Source of the DNA: Kofleriaceae bacterium
GTDB taxonomy: Bacteria > Myxococcota_A > Polyangia > Haliangiales > Haliangiaceae
NCBI GenBank assembly: GCA_046597055.1
Contig: JBKJLC010000221.1
Coordinates: 1-26,976 of the forward strand
Reading direction: 5' to 3'
Length of the DNA: 26,976 bases
Shown here: positions 1-7,992 of the stretch, in pieces
Position numbering within the stretch: the first letter of the stretch is position 1
Layout of the letters: each line of letters begins with the position of its first letter
The notes under the pieces: generated by a model
The model's input: the letters and a program-made list of their open reading frames with translations, nothing else
The model's database searches: none
Told to the model about the DNA's origin: nothing
Made by a program: the position numbers and the translations under genes

Positions 1-2
1 CC

Positions 3-959
3 ATCCTCTCGCTTGGTCTGGTCGCCTGCGGAGGCGGCGATGGCGATGACGAAGGTGGCGGCACGGTCAATCCGAACGGCACCAACCACACCTACGTGGT
101 CAGCGCGGTCGACCTGCCAACCAACCCGGCCGAGGCCATGTCGCTCGGCATGGACATCGACGGCAAGGCGAACGACGGCATCGACAACCAGCTCGGCTCG
201 GTGCTCGGCGCGATCGGGGGCCTGGCTCCGACGCTCAACCTGCAGATGAATCTCGACACGCAGGTCGACACGGGCCAGCTCGTGATGCTCATCAACATGA
301 AGGCCACCGACCTCGCCTCGGCCTCCGGCGTCGGCATGGAGGTCTACGTCGGGACCAACGTCGTCACGCCGCCCGCGTGCACCGACATGACCGACACGGT
401 CTGCCGCAAGCACTTCACCGGCACCGGGATGTTCAACATCGACAGCGTCAACGGCCCGACCGATGCCCAGCTGGTGGGCACCATCATGGGCGGCAAGTTC
501 AAGGGTGGCCCGGGCACCGTGACGCTGAAGATCGCGCTCGCCGGCGGCGCGCCGATCAGCCTCCCGCTCCAGAAGGCGCGCGCCGAGATCTCGGGGATCA
601 CCGCGGCCGGCTGGCCCGCGACCGGCAGCAAGATCGGCGGCGCGATCTCCGATGAGGACATCGACGGCGAGGTCATGCCGGCGATCGCGTCCACCGTGCG
701 CACCTCGTTCGACGAGACCTGTGACGTGGGTGCCACCACGGCCAGCTGCAACTGCGTGATGGGCTCCACCGGCCTCACCCTCAAGAACCTGTTCGATAAG
801 GCCCCGACCCAGGACTGCATGATCTCGGACGCCGAGGTCAAGGCGGTGGTCGACGGCTTCCTGACCCCCGACATCGACCTCGACGGGGACGGCACCAACG
901 ACGCCGTCTCGATGGGTCTCGGCGTGACCGGCGTCGCCGCCGTGTACACCACGCCCTGA
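3..959 (+). CDS. Putative lipoprotein, Cys/Asp-rich, 5'-truncated by the window edge
   Basis: The frame of ORF 96..959 is open back to base 3 and reads ILSLGLVA-C-GGGDGDDEGGG, a hydrophobic stretch ending in a lipobox-like LVAC (Cys at 27-29). Contains acidic Ca-binding-like loops (DIDGKANDGIDNQLG, DIDLDGDGTNDAVS) and several Cys. Confidence 0.8.
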   Translation: MLSLGLVACGGGDGDDEGGGTVNPNGTNHTYVVSAVDLPTNPAEAMSLGMDIDGKANDGIDNQLGSVLGAIGGLAPTLNLQMNLDTQVDTGQLVMLINMKATDLASASGVGMEVYVGTNVVTPPACTDMTDTVCRKHFTGTGMFNIDSVNGPTDAQLVGTIMGGKFKGGPGTVTLKIALAGGAPISLPLQKARAEISGITAAGWPATGSKIGGAISDEDIDGEVMPAIASTVRTSFDETCDVGATTASCNCVMGSTGLTLKNLFDKAPTQDCMISDAEVKAVVDGFLTPDIDLDGDGTNDAVSMGLGVTGVAAVYTTP

Positions 960-982
960 ACGACTCAGCTTCGGTACCGACA

Positions 983-1016
983 CGACGGGCGCCCACCGGC
1001 GCCCGTCGCGCGTTTC
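983..1016 (+). terminator. GC-rich hairpin, probable intrinsic terminator
   Basis: Perfect 11-bp stem CGACGGGCGCC (983-993) / GGCGCCCGTCG (998-1008) with loop CACC, just after the lipoprotein stop. The T tract is weak (CGCGTTTC). Confidence 0.6.
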
Positions 1017-1020
1017 GGGC

Positions 1021-1026
1021 TAGAGT
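1021..1026 (+). promoter_or_regulatory. Putative -10 box (TAGAGT) of a leaderless manC transcript
   Basis: TANNNT hexamer 6 nt before ATG 1033, with no Shine-Dalgarno sequence. Confidence 0.5.
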
Positions 1027-1032
1027 CGGGCG

Positions 1033-2094
1033 ATGCGGTGGTCCGTGATCCTCGCCGGCGGTAGCGGCACCCGGCTGTGGCCGGCCAGCCGCCAGGGCCG
1101 CCCCAAGCAATTCCTCGCGCTCGCCGACGGCCGGTCCTTGCTGGCCGCGACCGCCGGGCGGCTGCGCACGATCACCGACCGGCTGGTGATCGTCACCGCC
1201 GCGGCCCAGGGAGCGGCGTGCGCGACCGAGGTCCCGACCGCGACGATCATCGGCGAGCCGGTACCGCGCAACACCGCCGCCGCACTCGGGCTGGCGGCGG
1301 TCCACCTGATCCACGACGACGCCGCCGCGGTGCTGGGCGCGTTCCCGGCCGACCACCACATCGCCGACGAGGCCGGGTTCGCCGTGGTCGCGGAGCGGGC
1401 CTTCGCGGCGGCCAGCAAGGCCGACGTGATCTGCACGATCGGGATCACGCCGACCCACGCCGAGACCGGCTTTGGCTATCTCGAGCTCGGCGCGCCGCGC
1501 GACGACCTCGGCGAGCACGTCCAGCGCGTGGCCCGCTTCGTCGAGAAGCCCGACGCCGCGACCGCCGCGCGCTACCTCGCGGAGGGTCGCCACCTGTGGA
1601 ACGGCGGCATGTTCTTCACCCGCGCCGGCCACCTGCTCGCCGAGATCGATCGGCTGCTGCCGGCGACCGGCGCCGGCCTGCGCGAGATCGCGGCAGCGCT
1701 GCGCCAGGGTGACGACGCGGCCGCGCGGGCGACCGCCGCGGTGTATCCGCAGCTGGGCGCGATCTCGATCGACCACGGCGTGATGGAGCGGACCCGCGAG
1801 GTCGTCGCGGTGCCGGGCCAGTTCGGCTGGAGCGACGTCGGCTCGTGGCAGGCGATCGCCAGCCTGCGTGCCGGCGACGTCCACGGCAACGCGGCGCTCG
1901 GCGAGCAGGTCGTGGTCGACGGCGCCGGGAACCTGACCATGACCGACGTCGGCGTGATCGCGATCGTCGGCGTGTCGGGCCTGGCGGTCGTGCGCGACGG
2001 CGACGCGGTGCTGGTGATCCCGCTGGAGCGGGCCCAGGACACCCGCGCGGTCGTGACCGCGCTGGCCAGCACGGGCCGCGAGCGCTACCTGTGA
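1033..2094 (+). CDS. manC: Mannose-1-phosphate guanylyltransferase (no C-terminal PMI/cupin domain)
   Basis: Motifs VILAGGSGTRLWPASR..PKQF, EPVPRNTA, PADH, RFVEKP, WNGGMF, SIDHGVME and WSDVGSW. 353 aa. Confidence 0.93.
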   Translation: MRWSVILAGGSGTRLWPASRQGRPKQFLALADGRSLLAATAGRLRTITDRLVIVTAAAQGAACATEVPTATIIGEPVPRNTAAALGLAAVHLIHDDAAAVLGAFPADHHIADEAGFAVVAERAFAAASKADVICTIGITPTHAETGFGYLELGAPRDDLGEHVQRVARFVEKPDAATAARYLAEGRHLWNGGMFFTRAGHLLAEIDRLLPATGAGLREIAAALRQGDDAAARATAAVYPQLGAISIDHGVMERTREVVAVPGQFGWSDVGSWQAIASLRAGDVHGNAALGEQVVVDGAGNLTMTDVGVIAIVGVSGLAVVRDGDAVLVIPLERAQDTRAVVTALASTGRERYL

Positions 2095-2114
2095 AAGGCG
2101 CAGGACCCGAACCG

Positions 2115-3503
2115 ATGAACCCCCGCATCTTTCGCGAGTACGATATCCGCGGCGACGCCGCGCGCGATCTCGACGACGCCCTGTTCACCGCGATCGGCCG
2201 CGCTCATGCCGCGCAGGTCGCCGGCCGGGTCGGCCCGGACCGGCGGCCGCGCATCGCCCTCGGCCGCGACTGCCGGCTGACGTCGCCGCGGCTGCACGCC
2301 GCGTTCATCGCCGGCGCCCGCGGGTTCGTCGACGTCATCGACATCGGCGTGGTGCCGACCCCGCTGGTGTACTTCGCGGCGGCGACGCTCGGGGTCGACG
2401 GCGCCGCGATGATCACGGGCAGCCACAACCCGCCCGAGGACAACGGGGTGAAGCTGATGGTCGGTGGCGCGCCGCTGTACGGCGAGGGCATCACCGCGCT
2501 GCGCCGGTCGATCGAGGCGAGCGCAGCCGATCCGGCCCCGGCCATCGCCGGGACCGTCACCGCCCACGACCTCACCCCGGCCTACCTCGCGTACGCGACC
2601 GACCAGCTGCGGCTGGGCCCGCGCCGGTTCAAGATCGTGGTCGACGCCGGCAACGGCTCGGGCGGGCCGACCGCGGTCGCGCTGTACCAGCAGCTCGGCT
2701 TCGAGGTGGTCCCGCTGTACTGCGACATGGACGGCCGGTTCCCCAACCACCACCCCGATCCCACGCTGCCCGAGAACGTCGCCGACCTGCGCGCGGCGGT
2801 GGCAGCCCACGGCGCCGAGGTCGGGCTCGCGCTCGACGGCGACGCCGACCGGCTGGGTGCGGTCGACGGCGCCGGCCGCATCCTGTGGGGCGACCAGCTG
2901 ATGATCCTCCTCGGCAAGGCGGTGCTGGCCGAGGTGCCGGGCGCACGCTTCGTGGGCGAGGTGAAGTGCTCGCAGGCGATGTACGACGAGCTCACCCGCG
3001 CCGGCGGCCAGCCCGAGATGTGGAAGGTCGGCCACTCGCTGATCAAGGCGCGCATGAAGGAGACCGGCGCCGCGCTGGCCGGCGAGATGAGCGGGCACCT
3101 GTTCTTCGCGCACCGCTGGCTCGGCTTCGATGACGCGATCTACGCCGGTGCCCGCCTGCTCGAGCTCCTGACCCGCTCGGACCGGCCGCTGGCAGCACAT
3201 GCCGACGAGCTGCCGGTGATGGTGAACACGCCCGAGCTGCGGGTCGCCTGCGCCGACGAGCTCAAGTTCGACGTGGTCGCGCGGGTCACCACCCGCCTGC
3301 GGGCGCGCCCCGACGTGATCGGGCTGGTCGACATCGACGGCGTGCGGGCGCGCTTCGCCGATGGCTGGGGCCTGGTCCGCGCGTCGAACACCCAGGCCGC
3401 GCTGGTGGTGCGCTGCGAGGCGATCGACGCCGCGCGGCTGGCCGCGATTCGCGGGCTGATCGAGGACGAGATCGCGATCGCGACCCGGGAGGCACAGGCA
3501 TGA
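2115..3503 (+). CDS. manB: Phosphomannomutase/phosphoglucomutase (AlgC/ManB-like)
   Basis: IFREYDIRG N-terminus, catalytic ITGSHNP, metal-binding DGDADR, sugar-binding GEMSGH and RASNT. Start is ATG 2115, or GTG 2091 overlapping the manC stop; the ORF-track start at 1845 lies inside manC. Confidence 0.93.
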   Translation: MNPRIFREYDIRGDAARDLDDALFTAIGRAHAAQVAGRVGPDRRPRIALGRDCRLTSPRLHAAFIAGARGFVDVIDIGVVPTPLVYFAAATLGVDGAAMITGSHNPPEDNGVKLMVGGAPLYGEGITALRRSIEASAADPAPAIAGTVTAHDLTPAYLAYATDQLRLGPRRFKIVVDAGNGSGGPTAVALYQQLGFEVVPLYCDMDGRFPNHHPDPTLPENVADLRAAVAAHGAEVGLALDGDADRLGAVDGAGRILWGDQLMILLGKAVLAEVPGARFVGEVKCSQAMYDELTRAGGQPEMWKVGHSLIKARMKETGAALAGEMSGHLFFAHRWLGFDDAIYAGARLLELLTRSDRPLAAHADELPVMVNTPELRVACADELKFDVVARVTTRLRARPDVIGLVDIDGVRARFADGWGLVRASNTQAALVVRCEAIDAARLAAIRGLIEDEIAIATREAQA

Positions 3504-4534
3504 CGGCGCACGAGTGGGTGGTCGGGGTCGACCTGGGCGGGACCAACCTGCGGGTCGCGGCGTTTCATCAGCTGGCGGTCCACGCGGCGCAGGCGCGGCG
3601 CGAGCGCCGCTCGGTCGTGCCCGAGCCGACCGCGGTGGTGCGCCATCGGGTCGGCGACGACCGCCGACCCGAGGCCATCGTCGAGGCGATCGCCGTCGCG
3701 GTCGAGGACGTGCTTGCCCAGGTCGGCGTGACGCCGGCGATGGTGGTGCCGGTCGGCGTCGGCATCGCGGCGATGCTGCGCGATCGGAAGGGCACCGTCG
3801 CCAACTCGCCGCACCTGCGCTGGCGCGACGTCGGGTTCGGGCCGATGCTGGCGGCCCGGCTGGGCCCGACCCGCGCGATCGGCGTGTACAACGACGTCAA
3901 CGCGATCGCCTACGGCGAGTTCGGGCTGGGCGCCGCCGCCGGCGCCTCCGACGTGCTGACCGTGTATGTGGGGACCGGCATCGGCGGTGGCCTGATCGTC
4001 AACGGCCAGCTCGCCGACGGCTACACCAACGCGGCCGGCGAGATCGGCCACGTCAAGGTCGCCTGGGGCGACGACGCCGCGCCGTGCGCGTGCGGCGGCC
4101 GTGGCTGCGTCGAGGCCTACGTCGGCGGCGTGTACGTGCAGGCGCGCGCGCGCGCCGAGCTGGCGGCCAGCGATCGCAGCTCGCGGGCGCTCGCGCTCGC
4201 CGGCGGCGATCCGCACGCGGTGACGCCCGGCCACGTCGACGAGGCGGCGGCCGAAGGCGACCCGTGGGCGCTCGCGCTGTGGACCGAGCTGGCGCCGCTG
4301 CTGGCGGTCGCGCTGGGCAACGCCATCACGCTGCTCAACCCCGAGCGGGTCGTGCTCGGCGGCGGCATGCTCGGCCGGACCCCGACGCTGAAGGCGCAGA
4401 CCCTGGTCGCGCTCACCTTGGTGACCCCGACCGCCCTGCTCGACCCGGTCGAGATCGTCGACGCCGTCCTCGGCGACGACGCCGGCCTGATCGGCGCCGC
4501 GCTGCTCGCCAGCCACGGCGTCGCGATGCTGTAG
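3500..4534 (+). CDS. ROK-family sugar kinase (glucokinase-like)
   Basis: GVDLGGT, NDVNAIAYGE, GTGIGGG, GEIGH and Zn-binding CACGGRGCVE. No N-terminal HTH. ATGA overlap with the mutase stop. Confidence 0.9.
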   Translation: MTAHEWVVGVDLGGTNLRVAAFHQLAVHAAQARRERRSVVPEPTAVVRHRVGDDRRPEAIVEAIAVAVEDVLAQVGVTPAMVVPVGVGIAAMLRDRKGTVANSPHLRWRDVGFGPMLAARLGPTRAIGVYNDVNAIAYGEFGLGAAAGASDVLTVYVGTGIGGGLIVNGQLADGYTNAAGEIGHVKVAWGDDAAPCACGGRGCVEAYVGGVYVQARARAELAASDRSSRALALAGGDPHAVTPGHVDEAAAEGDPWALALWTELAPLLAVALGNAITLLNPERVVLGGGMLGRTPTLKAQTLVALTLVTPTALLDPVEIVDAVLGDDAGLIGAALLASHGVAML

Positions 4535-4542
4535 CCGGCGCC

Positions 4543-4757
4543 AGGGCGTCCTTCGACCTCGGGCTGCGCTCGGAGGGTTGATCAGAGCAGCGTGTGTTCG
4601 GGCCCGTTCTTCCCCGGTCGCCCTTCGACTCCGCGCTTCGCGCTGCGCTCAGGGCCACCGGGAAGATGTGTGGGATCCAGAGGGCGCCCTTCCTTCGGTG
4701 TGGCGGGCGTCCTTCGACTTCGCCCGTCGCTCCGCGCCGGGCTGCGCGTGCTCAGGG
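4543..4757. repeat. Cluster of REP-like palindromic elements (CCTTCGAC...GCTCAGG family)
   Basis: Three copies between convergent genes: degenerate 4543-4570, 4609-4665 and 4681-4757. 4619-4655 is the exact reverse complement of 24875-24911 (37 bp). 4681-4747 matches 24906-24972 at 63 of 67 positions. Confidence 0.85.
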
Positions 4758-5177
4758 CTCGAGGGCGAGCTGCTTGGCGATGTCGCCGACGGTGAGGGCG
4801 TCGTTGCCGGCCAGCACGTAGCGCAGGCGGCCGCGGCGGTCGAACACGCGCACGTGGGGCAGCGGGCCGACCTTGTGCTGACGCGCGACCGCGGTCTCGC
4901 CGTCGCCGATGTCGATCTTGCGGACCACCACGCCGGCGTCGCCGCGGATCGCGGTCAGCAGCCGCTCGTCGACGACCTTGCAGCCGGCGCACCACTCGGC
5001 CCAGAAGTCGACCACGGTGACGTGGCCGGCCACCAGGACCGACACGAGGTCGACCGGCTCCCCGGTCCGGTTGACCTGCACGACCTGCGCGGGCGGCGGG
5101 CCCGGCGGCGCGACCGGCTCGCGGGTGCCGCAGCCGATCAGCGCGATCGTCATCATCATCGCGCGTGCGTGCCTCAC
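4752..5177 (-). CDS. Thioredoxin-fold lipoprotein (WCAGC)
   Basis: VTVVDFWAEWCAGCK thioredoxin motif with a downstream cis-Pro-like LPHV. N-terminus MRHARAMMMTIALIG-C is a lipoprotein-like signal. GTG 5177 overlaps the upstream TGA (GTGA). 141 aa. Confidence 0.85.
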   Translation of the reverse strand: MRHARAMMMTIALIGCGTREPVAPPGPPPAQVVQVNRTGEPVDLVSVLVAGHVTVVDFWAEWCAGCKVVDERLLTAIRGDAGVVVRKIDIGDGETAVARQHKVGPLPHVRVFDRRGRLRYVLAGNDALTVGDIAKQLALEP

Positions 5178-6631
5178 GGCCGCCACTCTGCCACGATCGG
5201 CCGGCGCTCGGCGAGGGTGGCGGCGTCGAGGCCGGCCTCGACCAGCGGCGTGACCGTCAGCGCCGCGCCGTTGACCAGCTCGGTGGCGGTCAGCGCCGGG
5301 ATGCCGTTGCCGTCGATCGCGACCGTGCACAGCGCGAGCGCGTCGCCGGCCGGCGCCGGCGGCAGCCCGCCGATGCGGTAACGACCGAGCGCGCGCGGCG
5401 GCGTGGTGTCCTCCCACAGCTCGACCTCGAGCGCGTCCTGACCGACCCGGTGGGTCGGGATCACCCGCGCGGCCCGGGTCGGCACCACCGCGCCAGCGGC
5501 GATCAACGGCACCAGCCGATCACCGGCGCCCATCGAGATGCCATAGGTCACCACGTCGACCAGCAGCGCCGCCGGCTCGGCGACGAACATGCGCGCGGCG
5601 GCCGCACCGCCCAGCGCCACCGCGAATCCGACGTCGGCGGGCTGCCGCGGCGCGCGCGCCAGCACCTGGCCGAGGCGGCGGGCGATCGAGGTCACCCGGG
5701 CGCCGCCGCCCACGAGCACGACTTCGGCCAGGTCGTTCGCGGTGGTCCCGGCGGCCGTGAGCGCACGGGTGCACACGTCGTCGACCTTGCGCACGCGCGG
5801 CGCCGACCACAGCTCGACCTCGTCCTTGCGCGGGGCCCGCAGGCTGCGCGCGCCCGGGCTCGCGCCGGTCAGCGCCTCGGCGAACGCGGCCTCGGTGGCC
5901 GCCGCGGTCCCGACGTGTTCCTTGACCGCCCGCGCGGCCCGCCACAGGTGCGGCCAGTCGTGGTCGTCACGGGCGACGCCGCCGAGCTCGCGCGCCAGCT
6001 CGGTGGCGATCACCCCGTCGAGCGCGTCGCCGCCGAGCTCGACCGCGCTGGCGGTCGACAGCCGATCGACGGCGCCGCCGACCAGCTCGATCACCGAGGC
6101 GGTGAACGCAGTGGATCCGGCGTCGCACACGAGCCAGCGCGCGTCGGGCGGCGCCGGCAGCGCCAGCGCGGCCAGCACCGGCTCGCCGCACAGCCGCACC
6201 ATCGGGATGCCGGCGAGCAGCGCCGCGTCGCGCAGGACCCGGCGCTCGACCGCGCCCGCGTACACCGGCGCCGCGATCACCGCGGCGATCACCGGTCCGT
6301 GCTCGGCCTCGGCCGCCTGGATCGCGGCGCGCAAGAGCCATCCGACCAGCTCGGCCGGGGCCCGCGGCTGGCCGTCGACGATCGGGCACGCCAGCCCGGC
6401 CGGGCCCGCGATCGCCGCGCGATCACCCTGGCCAGCGGCGCGCCCCAGCCAGGCCCGCGGCTGGACCCGCTGGGCGAGCGGGAGCGCCCGCGCCGCCGCG
6501 CCGACCAGGACGGTGGCGCCGTCGAAGCCGACCCACGCCGGCAGGGTGGCGACCGCGACCGGTCGCTCCTCGACCAGCGCGGCGACCCGCAGCTGATCGT
6601 GGCCGAGATCGATGCCACACACGATCGTCAT
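5174..6631 (-). CDS. Divergent Hsp70/DnaK-like protein lacking the helical lid
   Basis: Recognisable but altered Hsp70 motifs: GIDLGHD, GEPVLAAL, VCDAGSTAFTAS, LGGDALD, VLVGGGARV, AVALGGA, linker LLVDVVTYGISM, SBD-beta LGRYRIGGLPPAPAG and IDGNGI. 485 aa. Confidence 0.85.
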   Translation of the reverse strand: MTIVCGIDLGHDQLRVAALVEERPVAVATLPAWVGFDGATVLVGAAARALPLAQRVQPRAWLGRAAGQGDRAAIAGPAGLACPIVDGQPRAPAELVGWLLRAAIQAAEAEHGPVIAAVIAAPVYAGAVERRVLRDAALLAGIPMVRLCGEPVLAALALPAPPDARWLVCDAGSTAFTASVIELVGGAVDRLSTASAVELGGDALDGVIATELARELGGVARDDHDWPHLWRAARAVKEHVGTAAATEAAFAEALTGASPGARSLRAPRKDEVELWSAPRVRKVDDVCTRALTAAGTTANDLAEVVLVGGGARVTSIARRLGQVLARAPRQPADVGFAVALGGAAAARMFVAEPAALLVDVVTYGISMGAGDRLVPLIAAGAVVPTRAARVIPTHRVGQDALEVELWEDTTPPRALGRYRIGGLPPAPAGDALALCTVAIDGNGIPALTATELVNGAALTVTPLVEAGLDAATLAERRPIVAEWRP

Positions 6632-7992
6632 CGGAACAGCCTCTGCATCGCCAGCACGGTCGGCGTGATCGCGCGGCGCACGGTGTCGAGCGCCTGCGCC
6701 GCCTCGGCCGAGGCCGGATCATGGGACAGCGCGGTCTCGAGCGCCGCGACCGCGGCCAGCCGGTCGTTGCGGCTGCACGCCGCCATCGCCATCGCGACGT
6801 GCTGGAGCCCGCGCAGCCGGCGATCGCCGGCGTACAGGTGGAGCGCGGCCTCGGCGATCTGCTGGGCGCTGCCGTGGTCGCCGACCCCGAGCCGCTCGCG
6901 GATCTGGCGCAAGAAGCGATCGCCGGGACCCGAGCGGGCCTGGGCCAGCGACTCGTCGAGCGCGATCGGCAAGACCCCGGCCGCGGTCGGCATCGCGAGG
7001 TCGTTGAACAGATCGCTCGGCGAGCCGAAGCGCACCGCGACCGGGGTCGCCAGCGGCGGCAGCGTCAGATCGTCCGAGGGCGGTCGCGGCGGGCCCGCGC
7101 CCACCGCCGGCAGCTCGACCCCGTCGGGCCCGGCCTCGCTTGCCGCCCGGTCCGGCGCCGCCGGCGCGAACCCGGCCGGCCGCACCACCACCGGCACCTC
7201 CCGCGAGGGCGCGGTCGGCAGCGGGCGCGCCGACACCAGGCCCTGGCGATCAACCACCGGCAAGCTGGCGTTCGACACCTCGAGCAGGACGTCGATCGCG
7301 GCGTCGATCGGCGGCGTGACCGCCTCGGCGAAGAACCCGGTGGCCTGGGCCAGATCGGCGAGGCCGACGTTCCAGCCGACCAGCGGCCGGACGGTCGCGG
7401 CGATCGACGCGCCCCGCCCACCGGCGACGACCTCGGCGCGGAGGCAGTCGTAGGCGCGGCCGACCAGCGCCATCGACGCCTCGGCGGCGGCGGTCAACGC
7501 CGGCGACGAGTACCGGGCGACCGCGTCGGGATGCTCGCGCCGCGCGATCGCGATCCAGGCGGCGCGCAGCTCGAGCGCCGACGGATCGCGCGGCACGCCG
7601 AGCAGCTCGTGGGCGCCCAGCTGGCGCATGCGGCGCAGATCGCCCTCGCGCGCCGCCAGCAGCCGGCGCTCGTCGTCGGCGGTGTCCTCGTCGAGGAGGT
7701 CGTGATCGCGCCCGGCTCGCACCATCGCCTCGAGCTGGGCCAGCAGCGACGCGGTCATCCCGAACAGCGTCACCTCGACCCGGCCGCCGTCGCCGGCCAC
7801 GCTGATGGTGCCGTCGATCGCGATCACGATCTGGCTCGGCAGCTCGAGCGCGAGCGTCACCGGGGTGCCGATCTCGGCGGCGAACGGGACCCGCATCACC
7901 ATCCGGCCGCTCTTGCGCAGCTTGCGCTGGTAGAACGACTCGACCTGGTCCCAGGTCGCGCAGCAGACGCGCAGCAACCGCGCGGCGCTCAT
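6628..7992 (-). CDS. J-domain protein with N-terminal PilZ-like domain and C-terminal TPR-like helices
   Basis: J domain HELLGVPRD...ARREHPD...VGRAYDCL (HPD at 7525-7533). The N-terminal beta-rich IGTPVTLALELPSQIVIAIDGTI is PilZ-like. The C-terminus ALETALSHDPASAEA is TPR-like. ATG 7992 overlaps the upstream TGA. 454 aa. Confidence 0.8.
   Translation of the reverse strand: MSAARLLRVCCATWDQVESFYQRKLRKSGRMVMRVPFAAEIGTPVTLALELPSQIVIAIDGTISVAGDGGRVEVTLFGMTASLLAQLEAMVRAGRDHDLLDEDTADDERRLLAAREGDLRRMRQLGAHELLGVPRDPSALELRAAWIAIARREHPDAVARYSSPALTAAAEASMALVGRAYDCLRAEVVAGGRGASIAATVRPLVGWNVGLADLAQATGFFAEAVTPPIDAAIDVLLEVSNASLPVVDRQGLVSARPLPTAPSREVPVVVRPAGFAPAAPDRAASEAGPDGVELPAVGAGPPRPPSDDLTLPPLATPVAVRFGSPSDLFNDLAMPTAAGVLPIALDESLAQARSGPGDRFLRQIRERLGVGDHGSAQQIAEAALHLYAGDRRLRGLQHVAMAMAACSRNDRLAAVAALETALSHDPASAEAAQALDTVRRAITPTVLAMQRLFR

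Noticed and set aside
4543..4757. CRISPR array
   Set aside because: The copies differ internally, occur in both orientations across loci and lack regular spacers. There are no cas genes in the window.
4578..5381. ORF running through the repeat cluster, sharing peptide WRASFDFARRSAPGCA with ORF 24107-25084
   Set aside because: The shared peptide is just the translation of the REP-like DNA repeat.
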